From Felis catus (taxonomy: Eukaryota), in NCBI RefSeq assembly GCF_018350175.1, contig NC_058368.1, positions 120,220,001 to 120,284,000 of the forward strand: a stretch of DNA of 64,000 nucleotides, written 5' to 3'. Below are positions 50,527 through 61,506 of this stretch, piece after piece (the first letter of the stretch is position 1; each line of letters starts with the position of its first letter). The position numbers and the translations under genes are program-made. The notes under the pieces are model-generated. The model did no database searches. It had not been told where the DNA came from and saw only the letters and a list, made by a program, of their open reading frames with translations.

Positions 50527-52316
50527 TGACTTTGAAAAGTAAATATCTTAAAATATTGCCAGATATTGAGAAGCACTTAGCATATAGGGGAAGCATGACT
50601 GAACCTAAAGAACTGATATTTTAAAGGTCATAATTAGTTAGCAGGACATTCGTACATGGACATTATACATTACATTCGTAATGTAGCCAGGTGTTCAGAA
50701 TAGATTACATATCATGCTGATTGCTGATATGTCAGTTCTGTGCTAGATATTTGGAATAGTCCACCATAACACTTTTAAAACTATGCATGAAACTATTTTC
50801 TATTTTGGGACCTGCAAGAGATTTTCTTAGCTATTTTAAAAGGAATAGGTTGGTCTGATCACCAGTTGAGTGAATTCATGTGACAGAAGAAAACACTGAG
50901 TTGACTTTTTTTCTAACTGGTATTTTTTCTGAGTAAACAAAATCACAGCAATCACAGTGATTATTTATTATTATTATATTTTATATGTTATTATTGTTGT
51001 TGTTGTTATTTTATTTTCTGCTCTTCCTTTTTCCCCCAGAGAAGTCACCTTCCTCCTAGGATATGTTCTGCCACTCTCTGTACTGTTTGTTGATATCTCT
51101 CTCCATTTCCACAGAAGCTAACAGAATTGGAATATTGACTCTCCCTTGGTGGGTTGGCAAAGGATGCTTAGACCTTTTTCAGCTTAAGAAATCCATTTTG
51201 GGGGGGTGGGATTCTTCATAGTCTACTCAATATTCTCAGGCTGAAAAGGCATACTTTATACTGCTAACACTTACAAAGGGATCACACCGCTAAGTTTTCC
51301 ATCAGATATGAAAATGTTCCATTAAGTCACATGACTCTTGATGACAGATTGCAAAGAAGGCATCATTCTAATGTGTGTCTGTGTGTGAGATGCTGCACAC
51401 ATTGGGTAGTTTGTTATGTATGTGTTTCTGGATTGGAAGTTGATTTTCAGGCTGTTTTCAGAGTTGGGGGAGTTTTTTTGTTTGGTTGGTTGGTTGGTTT
51501 TTTGTTTTTTTGTTTTTTTTTTATTTGTTTGTTTAATTTTACTTGCACCAGGCCCATCATCAGAGAATCCATCGCAACCGACCTGTGAATAGAACCACAT
51601 TGTTTCTAAGCAACCTCACGAATAAAAAAAGCAACAATATTTGTCTGTGATTGTGGGGGCAAAATTTGATAAGGAAACAGATGGTACTTCATAGCTTCCA
51701 GGAATTTTCAATAAACAAGCTGATGGTGAAAGAGGTTTGCAAAAAAAAAAAAAAAACAACATCAAATAATACTTTAGTAGTATATATATTTTTGAAATTG
51801 AGTACACACTTTGAGTGCTGAACATTACCATTGTCAAAACTTACGAATCTCAACATTTACTAGCTCCGGATACAAACTCTATGGCATTCAGGATTAGCCT
51901 TCTCTTGAATTGATAGCCTACCTTCCCAAAGTTTGGGGCCTGAACACCACATCAATTCCACAACAGGTGGCAAAACTCCTACTACTCAAGGAGTCAAGAA
52001 TGAAGCACATGTTAAGCAAATACTGTGGAGGCTGTTCTCCCCTCACAAGGGGTATGTTTCAGGAGACACCAGTATTTTCTAATGGGATTATTTTGAATTT
52101 TCAAGCGGCATGCAGTAAATACAGCAGAAAACATTTAATATATATTAAGCCATTTGCACTTAGGTGCCGGAGACCAGCTCCAGCCACCAGGGGTTCCCGA
52201 AGGAAGAATGGCGTCAGTGAAAAAAAAATAAAACTAAAATAAAAAAACTGGAAAATAAAAAACTAAGACTAAAATAAAAATGGACACAGACAACAGCAGT
52301 GTGTTGAACTGGCCGA

Positions 52317-52344
52317 TTTATTGCAGTAAACGTGGCATTATATA
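52317..52344 (-). promoter_or_regulatory. LTR TATA box (TATATAA, 52344-52338) and poly(A) signal (AATAAA, 52322-52317)
   Basis: Minus strand reads CCTATATAATGCCACGTTTACTGCAATAAATCGG, about 150 nt from the U5 end. Confidence 0.7.
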
Positions 52345-52592
52345 GGCTAGTGATTTCCTTGTGGCATACGTCAACTATGTTTTTCTAACATTACCTAATT
52401 TTGAATATGTTCCTATGTATAAACGACCTTTAAGAAATAACATGGCCCCTAACTTTTCTGCATACCCTTTGATTATAGATTAATTTCTTACATTATTCCA
52501 TTATGCATCTGCGTTTGTCTATAATCTACAAAGCATTTGCTTTGCTGCTCTCGTGAAAGGCCCTCCATTTCTCAACACCTCAAGTAGAACAG

Positions 52593-53198
52593 TTACAGGG
52601 ACATGACCTCGTAACCACATGAAGCCAGAAGAATAATGTGTTTGCCTCGGTCCGAGGTGCCAGAAAGGGGCTGAAAAGGCCTTAGAAACCCATGCCTCAT
52701 ACATTCTCAGAGAGACAGTGCACCTAGGAACCAATGAACCATTCTGTACCTTAACCCACTAGGTTCAGTCATCATCTGGAATGCCTCCGGGGGGCCAGGT
52801 GGGCCTAGGGGTTGAAGTCACCTGTGCCCAGAGATACAGTCCTTAGGTGCCGGAGTGGGGCTTTTAAATCCATATGTCTCTCCTATACAGGCCCTCTTTG
52901 CTGGCAAAGGTATGAGGTTATCCTTCTTGTAAGTAGAGGAGTCTCCATAGGGATGGCAAGGGCTAAACGTAAAGCCGCACAATTTCTTGCGGAACCTTAT
53001 TTTCTTTCCTACTGGTTCTTTTCCCAGAGGGCCTGTCAAGGGCAATTCCCCAACAGACAATACCCCAGGTCGTTTTAAGGCCAAATTACCTAAAAGTGGG
53101 AGGACAAGAAGCTTCACTGTCGGCGGGCCGCCCTGCAGTCACCGATCTGTCCACAGCCGGGGCCCTGCCACTCAGGCTGGGTAGCTCGGCTTCCAGCA
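52593..53198 (-). pseudogene. Possible decayed ORF in the LTR U3 region, unknown product
   Basis: Frame starting at the first LTR base runs 201 codons to TAA with only four TGA (codons 9, 20, 127, 164); contains the 99-aa GTG-started ORF 52818-53117. Confidence 0.3.
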
Positions 53199-53993
53199 CT
53201 TAGGCCTCTGTCTCATGGAATGAAAATATGATACAATGATACTTGCATATGTATGCTTTATTATATTTTATATGTTCCTCTGTGTATTCTATACACATGT
53301 GATTCTATACCTCTTGAAAATAATCAAGCTTCTATATGTATTTCCAGGGAATTTGCAAAGTTAAAGTTGACCCCAAGTGATACTTGCCTGTGTTCTGAGT
53401 TTAGAACCCAAACATTTTTATATAATGTTTTCCTACTTCAAATTCCCCCCATCACTACAAACATTTGCCTTTACATGGTTGTCATTTGCCCAGACCCTGC
53501 TCTCCTCCTATTCATATTTTCCTGGCTCAGTCTCTGTCCCTCTTGCTTGGGTGTCTCCTTTTTCAGTCTTCCTCTGTGATCATTGACAATTTCAGTTATT
53601 TGATCATCCTCCTCAGCTTTTTCACCCACATATAAATATTACTTGTATTATTTGCTTTGGAGGTTTTTTTTCATTTTGTGGGTTTTAGCCTTCTTTCTCT
53701 TTTCTTTCTCATTTTTCTTCTCCAGCCTGTGTTGGGTAGCAAAAGTCTAATATACCTTCGTGTGAGCTATTTTGGCTACAGTTGTCCCCTGATCCTAAAG
53801 ACACTGGATTTTTTTTTTTTTTTCCATGAGGCTAGGGTATCTGGGCACCATCATGGCAGCTTCCATTTTGTGAGGCTGACACTGTCAGGAAGCTATACAA
53901 GCCTTTGTGGGACACTAGTTTCAGTTACCGTAAGCCTATCCTTATGCTAATGAAGAAATGGGACTCTTTTAGAAACAGATCTGTTCTGCCTTT

Positions 53994-54203
53994 TTAAAAA
54001 AAAAAAGTTTATGTATTTTGAGAGAGACAGAGCACATGTGGGGAGGGGCAGAGAGAGAGGGAGACAGAATCCCAAGCACACTGCACCCTCCACACTGCAG
54101 CACGGAGTCCAGTAAGGAGCTGCAACTCACAAAACAGTAAGATCATGACCTGAGTCTAAACCAAGAGTTGGACACTAAACCAGCTGAGCCACCCAGTTGC
54201 CCC
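53994..54203 (-). mobile_element. Can-SINE, older subfamily
   Basis: GAATCCCAAGCA variant body; TSD CAGATCT[G/A]TTCTGCCTTT at 53976-53993 and 54203-54220. Confidence 0.93.
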
Positions 54204-54254
54204 AGATCTATTCTGCCTTTATAATGCCAGCCACAACAGACTTTTTAAGGTAGG

Positions 54255-54480
54255 ATTTAAGACGCTGGCCTTTGGAGAACTGCCTTGGTTCAAATTCCAG
54301 TTCTACTACATATGAACTGTGTTACCTGAGTGAAATAAGTTGCTTAAACTCTTAAATTTCCCGACTTGCAACAGCAGTTGATTTAAGGTTACTGTGAGGA
54401 TTTAAAGGAGCCAGCACATGTAAATGGCTTAAGGCTCTTCCTGCCATGTAGTAAAAACTTCCAAAAAGTTAATGATTATA
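54255..54480 (+). mobile_element. MIR
   Basis: GGTTCAAATTCCAGTTCTACTAC...CTTAAACTCT...TGTGAGGATTTAAA. Confidence 0.75.
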
Positions 54481-55646
54481 ATATAGGCTAGCAGTGGTGT
54501 TATTCTGCCATTCATTAATCCTTTATCAAACACTTTCTAAGTGCCATACTCTATGCCAGTTTAGGAATGTAAGCATAAATGACACAAAGCATCCCCATCA
54601 AGAGCCATGGAGTGAAGACTTAGAGACAAATAGACAAACAAATAAAGCCAAAGTGTCAACAAGGTTATTGTTCCCCTCCCTCCTGCCCTTGGCCAGCCAG
54701 GCCTTACCTGGGGGTAGGATTTCAGGGGATGTTTGTGGACTGAGCAGGAAATTAGTAGAAGACACCTCAGAGGCAAGAGTGCAGATGGTGTTGTCATAGT
54801 GCCCTGAGTCTCTGAAGATCTGGGATATTTACTCAAGAGTTAACGGTCAGTGGAAAGGCACAATTCACTGGTTATGGCAGGAGGTAGAAAGAAATTTCTG
54901 TGAACAGATATGGTTGAAGAGGAGTTTTTATTTTTAACCATGTGCTGAAATTCCTAAATAAAAGGTTGCAGAGAAGGGTGCTGTGGGAGATTGTGTTAGG
55001 AGAAAGAAAGCACAGCCAGTTATGGACTTGAGAACATCAAGTTGCAAAGATGGCTGACAGTGCTTATAATTCTGAAAGTGACCAGGGCTGACAGAGATAT
55101 CACATGTGGTAGGATTAATTGCCTACAGATTTTCACAAAGATCTCTCTACTTAAGATTTTTGAGTTTCATTTTTCAATACTATTTCATGAATGCATTGTA
55201 ATATCTAAACTATATATGGGAACGAAACTGTTAAGGTGAAGCCCAAGGCCTGTAGACAACAGAGCAATTATATCAGCTGCTGAAAAGGCAAAAATTTTTT
55301 GCTCAACTTACCCATGTGAGAGCAAAGAACAGATTTTTGTGTTATTGAAGGGAACATTTAGAAACTTAAAAAAAATGTACTTGCTGATTTACACAGTGTT
55401 ATTGGAACATTGACAAATGTTCAGATTGTCTACACTGTCCTTAGTTAAAATGGCTCATTTTCCACCATGAACTCAACACGTAACTCATTTCAAAATACTT
55501 CCTCAAAACCGATAATTTTATTTTATCAAGCAAAATGTTCGTGATTTTGTGATGTTACTATCTACTAATGTGTATTTCCTTAAAGCCACTTAGAATGTAA
55601 ACAACTATTCCATTGATGGCTGTGCTTATAAAATGGACCACATGTT

Positions 55647-55705
55647 GGGATGAGCACTGGGTGTTGTATGGAAACCAATTTGTCAATAAATTTCATATAT
55701 AAAAA
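55647..55705 (+). mobile_element. Extremely truncated (~60 bp) young feline L1 3' end
   Basis: GGGATGAGCACTGGGTGTTGTATGGAAACCAATTTG.CAATAAA matches the 774 element; perfect 17-bp TSD AAAATGGACCACATGTT at 55630-55646 and 55706-55722. Confidence 0.92.
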
Positions 55706-56654
55706 AAAATGGACCACATGTTATACCAATGCTTTGTTAGCTTGTCAGTGTTTATTTTAGAATTGTGTAAATTGTGGAATACCAGGAAGAATGCAATACC
55801 AACAAATCAAATAAATACTGTTGTCGGAACCAATCCAAGTAGTCAAGCCTAGGGATCATTGTTCAACTTTTGATACAGACAGCAAGCTATGCAGCAGTAT
55901 GAAACAAGAGAAAAATTTTCTAATTCACAGAGTGAGTTATTGAAAAATTCGGGGATGGAAGCTATCAATATATCGTAAATGTACTTGAGCTCCTCCTCTC
56001 TGAAAAAAAATTAATTCCCAAAGCCAAAATGCAAGGCAGGTTTGGTCACCCTAGACAATATACACAGGAAGTCATTAAGATGGTTTTTTGTTTTTTTTTT
56101 TTTTTTTGGTCTCCAAGTGTGACATTTCCATTTCTCAGATACATCACAAGTATAAAGGTGAATTTAAATAAGTCACTTCTTAGAATAGTTGTCCTGGGCA
56201 AACAGTAGACCATGATTAAGATAGTTGAAACTTAAAATTTTTTAATGTAAATAATCACCGATAAATACATGACATACTCACATGGGCACTATTAAAAAGA
56301 GACTGTCAAAGGCACAGCCTCTTGATACTGGAGAATTTAATAAAAGTATTGGTAGTGGTGGTCTGGCTGAGGGAAGGCAGATTCATAATATCTCTGGAAT
56401 CAACAGTCATACATTCAGAAATTAGATTCGATTGGAAATTCAATTATAAGCTCATCAAAAAGTGATCAAGTTCTGGGGAAATACATTAAACTTACAGGAT
56501 AATGATTCATTAACTAAAAAATTATGCTGGGAGTTGTTTAGCTACTAAAGTTAATATTATTATTCATTTGAGTGGGAGATCTCCTTCTGGTATACTCTGG
56601 AGAGCACATCAAGATCGGGAGGTGAGCTGGTATTCTAAAATTAAAAGCAAAAAA

Positions 56655-56710
56655 GGGAGGGGAGAGAGAGAGAGCGAGAGAGTGAGAGAGAGAAAGAGAG
56701 AGAGAGAGAA
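56655..56710. repeat. Imperfect (GA)n microsatellite
   Basis: Read directly. Confidence 0.9.
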
Positions 56711-56849
56711 ACCTCATTTTAAAAATTAAAAGCAAAAAACCCCACTTGGTTTAAAAATTAAGTTCCAGCATCCTCATACTATCTCTGACAACATAACCTG
56801 GCACCAGTTATTAGAACAAGAGTAGCAACAACTTAAAAGAATGAAAAAG

Positions 56850-59230
56850 AGGGTTTCTGGTTCTACTTGTAAGGAGCTCAGAAATTACCACTCCATCCTC
56901 ACAACAATGAAAAGTTGAGCACTGAAGTCAGCAACTCTTAGATCCATAAGAAAATAGAGCCCGCAGGGGAAAACTTGCCCCCCAGACTAAAGAGACAGGT
57001 GAGTATAAAGAGTCATGGCTTGACCTAGTAGAAACTCAGGAGCAAAAACCACCACAGGAACTACTTTATCCAGCAACAGCAGAATGAACATATTGCTCAG
57101 GCTTAAATCAATCAGCTGGATAAAATGAATATGTATAGACCCCCTCATCCAGCAACAGCAGAATGAACATGTTCCTAAAGCTTACACTGAGTATTCACTA
57201 TGATAGACCACAATCTGAGCTATATAAAGCAAACCTTAACAAATATAAAAGAGTAGAAATCGTAAAATCTCTGTTCTCATGCTGTAATGGAATTAAATTA
57301 GACACCAATACCGGACAGGTAACCAGAAAGCCACAAAATAAGTGGGGATTAAACAACACCCTTCTAAATAATACATGGGTCAAAGAAGAAATCTCAAGAG
57401 AAATGTTAAAATATTTTGAGCAAAATGAAAATTAAAGCACAACTTGACAAAATTTGTGGAACTCAGTGAAAAACAGTAGCTAGTGAGAAATTTATAGCAT
57501 CAAATGCATTCATTTGAAAAGAATGACCTGGGGCACCTGGGTGGATCAGTTGATTGAGTGTCTGACACTTGATTTCAGCTCAGATCATGAGCTCATGGTT
57601 TGTGAGACTGAGCCACAACATGGAGCCCACTTGGGATTCTCTCTCTCCTTCTCTCTCTGCTCCTCCCTTGTTTGTATGCTCTCTGTCTGTCACAGACACA
57701 CAAATAAATAAATAATCTTTAAAAAATTTTTAAAAAAGAATGACCTAAAATCACTAATCTAAATCACCCTTAGGATAGTAGAAAAAGAAGAACAACTTAC
57801 ACCTAAGAAGGCGGGAAAAAAAGGAAAAATAGGAAAAAAATGAAATAAAAACTGGTTCTTAGAAAAAGCAATAAAGCCAGACTAAGAAAAAAAGAGAGAA
57901 GACACAATTACTAATAACAAAAATGAAAGAGGACCCATCTTAGAGATTCTAGGAATATAACAAGAATAATAAAAGAAGACTATGAGTAACACTGTGCCCA
58001 TAAATTTGATTAAATGGACCAATTCCCTAAAGAACACAATATGTCAAAACTCAGACAAGAAAACATAGATTATCTGGATAGACCTAGGTCTTTTTTAAAA
58101 ATCAAATGATTAATAACTTTCCAAAACAGAAAGCACCAGGCCCGCTTGGCTTCCCTGGTGAATTCTACCAAACATTAAAGGAAGAAATGATTCCAATTAT
58201 GTACAATTTCTTATACCGTGTAAAAGCAGAGGAAACATTGCCTAACACATTCTATGACACCAGCATTATCCAATACTAAAACCAGACAGAAGTATTATGA
58301 GAAAAGAAACCTAGAGACCAACATGTCTAATGAAACATAGATGCAGAAACTCTGAAGAAAAAATTGGCAAATCAAGCCCAACAATGTACAAAGATAACTA
58401 TAAGCCATAACCAAGATATGCAAGGCTGGCTCACCTTTTGGCAATGAATTAATGTAATCATAACAATAGACTAAAGAGGAAAAACATCACATGATCATAT
58501 CAGTAGATGTAGAAGGAGGATTTGACAAGATCCAACATTCTTCATAACAAAATGTATTAGCATTTGAGGAATAGAGAATTTTCTCAACTTCATAAGAACG
58601 ATCTATAAAATATATACAGCTGATACCATACTTAATGGTGAAAAAAATCAAAACGTTCTAAGATGGAGTACAAGGCAAGAATGTCACTTCTAACGAATCC
58701 TTTCAACACCATAGAGGAAGTTCTTGCTAATGTGATAAAGCCAGATAAGGAAATAGAAGGTATATAGATTGGGAAAAAAGGACCCGAAACTGTCCTTGTT
58801 GCAGATGACATGATTGTCTATATAGAAAATCTGAAAGTATCAACAATAATAAAACAAAAATGTCCTGGAACTAATAAGTGTGTATAGCTACGTACAACAT
58901 ACAGTGTTCATATACAAGTCAGTTGCTTCATTGTATACCAACAATAAACCAAACTTGAAATTAGAAACACTATACACATTATATTAGTGCTCCATTGTAT
59001 GAAATTCTTTTGTGTAAATCTAACAAAATATGTATAAGAGCAATATGAGGAAACTACTAAAACTAGGAGAAATTAAATGAAAGATGAACTAAATAAAAGG
59101 AGAGATAGTCTGCATTTATGGATAGGAACACTTAATATTTTTGAGATGTCACGTTCTTCCTAACTGGATCTACAGATTCAATGTGATCCCAATCAAATTG
59201 TAGCGACAAACTGCTTCTAAAGTTTAACAA
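56850..59230 (+). mobile_element. Ancient L1 (L1MC-like): 5' fragment joined to decayed ORF2 endonuclease-RT region
   Basis: ORF 57163-57435 (NGIKL, LNNTLLNNTWVKEEI); GTTGCAGATGACATGATTGTCTAT encodes ADDMIVY (FADD motif) at ~58800; TGGTGAATTCTACCAAACA. Confidence 0.9.
57530..57733 (+). mobile_element. Can-SINE nested in L1
   Basis: GGGGCACCTGGGTGGATCAG head; 13-bp TSD AAAAGAATGACCT at 57517-57529 and 57734-57746. Confidence 0.94.
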
Positions 59231-59339
59231 AGGTTATAGTTAGCCTAAATATTTCTATTGAGACACCCCTTAATGCCATCTCTTAATCTCAGTTTTGCTT
59301 TCTTTTATATTCGCTCATTCTCAGGTTGTCCACGCCTTT

Positions 59340-59712
59340 GGGATGATGAAATACATATTATCATCTCCAGCTTTACATTCTACCTGCAAAGTAACCCCAG
59401 TGGAAGTGAGTTTCACTTAAATTTCCATAAGAGTTCCTGGGATGACATTGTCCTACCTTGACATACATGCCTTCCCCATAGCTAGTCATGGAGCCTGGGT
59501 AGGTACAGTGCTCAGGTAGACCACACCTGAGCCCACCTCAGGTAGATCGTTTTCCAATTCTAGCAGTAGGACATAGAGTCAGCCTGAACTGAACCACATG
59601 GACCCAGAGTGGAGAAGGGGTAGTCCTCAAAACTATAATGTGGGTGCTCTTAATTTAAGAAAACCGAATGGATGTTGGATTAACATAATACATAAATGGC
59701 TGTTGTACCCAT
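59340..59712 (-). mobile_element. Ancient MaLR (MLT1K/L-like) LTR fragment
   Basis: AACCACATGGACCCAGAGTGGAGAAGGGGTAGTCCTCAAAA...GAATGGATGTTGG. Confidence 0.5.
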
Positions 59713-60469
59713 TCTTACATTTTTCTCTCTACCTTTATGTAACAAAGAAAAAATATAATAAGTGTTTTGATATGATAATGGTAGGAAGGTTAGAAATCTT
59801 ACCATTTCCTGATATGATCCCAAACCAAATATTTCTAATATACTTACTTTTCCATATCCTAAAACCTAGGAAGAAATTTAAAGCAAGAATCTTATATTCA
59901 TAATTCAAATTCAAATACCATTGTAAAGTAATTTGAAAGGACAATGATTGACTCCACAGACATTCTGGCCAGAGAGGATTTACTTTTATCCACCATACTT
60001 TATTGATCAAGTTTGAAATTGAAACACTGGAAGAGATAAGGCACTAACTTAAATGGCCATTTAGCTGAAAATGGCTGGTAGCTGCTCTTTTGAGGATAGC
60101 AAGCTTTTCCAGGGCCTGGCAATAATAAGAGTTCATTTACCTCCCTAGAAGAAAACCTCACAATATGCAGTCTTGGTCTTTTCATTATTAGCTACCCTCA
60201 GCGAAGCAGAGCAGAGGGTTAAGGACTGCCCCCCCAACCCCCCCTCCCCAAGAGGAGTACTATGGGCATAGAGTAGTACTCAGGTCAGATTAGACCTGTA
60301 TATGTGTACGTAGACCTCTTTACCCTGGATGTCCCTTTCTCAACAGTGCTTCTCTTTGTGTTGGTGGCCAGCTATTTATAGTTTTTCATTGGAACCTGAG
60401 GGGTCTCAGATCCTATCTTCCGTAAGACTAATTGTTTGATCTCAGTTTCCCATTTTGACTGGGATGGGA

Positions 60470-60900
60470 TCATTCATGCATTAGACGTGTATTTCTGGTG
60501 TACCTTTTATGAGACAAGTATTAGAGTTAGAGTAATGAGTAAAATAGAAGCAGTCTCTGCTCTACCAGATGAGCTTTCCTTCTATTAGAAAGTAGAAGAT
60601 CGTGACAGGTATGCAGACAAGTAAATAGAATAATTATCAACTGTGACAATTCTACAAAGAAGAGAATGAGGAAGCTAAAGCAGACAATAAACAAGGAGAC
60701 CACCGAGTAAGGCTAAATAAGAAAGATCTTTGAAAAGAGGTGTATTTAAGCCAATACCTGAGGGATGAGCAGAAAAACTGTATGATAAAAGTGGGGAAAA
60801 ACATTCCCTATAATGAGGTCAGCAAGGGGTCATAGGCTTTGAGATTTCAGCAAGCTATGCTATCTTGAAATCGCTTGGTCAATGTGTTTGGAGGGAAGTT
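60470..60900 (-). mobile_element. L2 3' region
   Basis: CATTCATGCA start; CAGTCTCTGCTCT; GAGGTGTATTTAAGCCAATACCTGA; AACATTCC. Confidence 0.7.
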
Positions 60901-61506
60901 TTGAATAAGCGGCCATGCTTTCCCCCTGCCTCTTCTTACAGTAGAGTATAAAAATATGAAAGAAACTAATCTAAAATGAGTTGGATATTGCTTTGCTTCT
61001 ATAATTCCATTTAGACAAAAAAGATTACTGCTAATTCAATAAATCAAATATTTCTATGACAGAGAAAAATATATTAGTTTTGAAAAGGCTGCCAAGACCT
61101 TGACCATGTGTGGTCACTTGAAGTTAATATGTATTCAGTCTAATTGTTTTGGGAAATGTTCTTCTGGCAATCTCAATAACCAGTTGCTGCATAATAAACT
61201 GAATTAGCCTGTAGTTATTGGCCTGAGTGAGCAGACCATAGCTAATCTTCCATTCCTTACCTTATAGAAAAAACCCAAGGCTAGACATTTCTGACTGCTT
61301 TGGCTATGTCCTTTTCTAATGTGTACAATAATGATGTTTGTTAATCACTTCTCAAGATGTGTAAGGACTCCAGAGAACATTCCCATGTAAAAAGGAGCAA
61401 ATTTAGGTGTCTTGATCTGTAAAATGTTCCTTTGGATGAGTATAATTATCATGTTTACCTCCTTCTGTTTTAAGAGGTAGCAGTCCAATTTAAACTAAGA
61501 GGTGGT

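Larger units (their letters stand above)
52165..53198 (-). mobile_element. Solo LTR, class II (betaretrovirus/ERV-K-like), 1034 bp
   Basis: TG...CA ends with imperfect inverted termini (TGCCGG/CCAGCA); perfect 6-bp TSD CTTAGG at 52159-52164 and 53199-53204; TATA box and AATAAA 15 nt apart on the minus strand; more GC- and CpG-rich than flanks. Confidence 0.88.

Noticed and set aside
51010..51113. Two strong plus-strand splice acceptors (TTTTTCCCCCAG, CCATTTCCACAG)
   Set aside because: No convincing donor or recognisable reading frame downstream; such tracts are common
52586..52750. Hormone response elements in the LTR, by analogy with MMTV
   Set aside because: Only isolated half-sites (AGAACA at 52586-52591, TGTACC at 52745-52750) without a matching partner half
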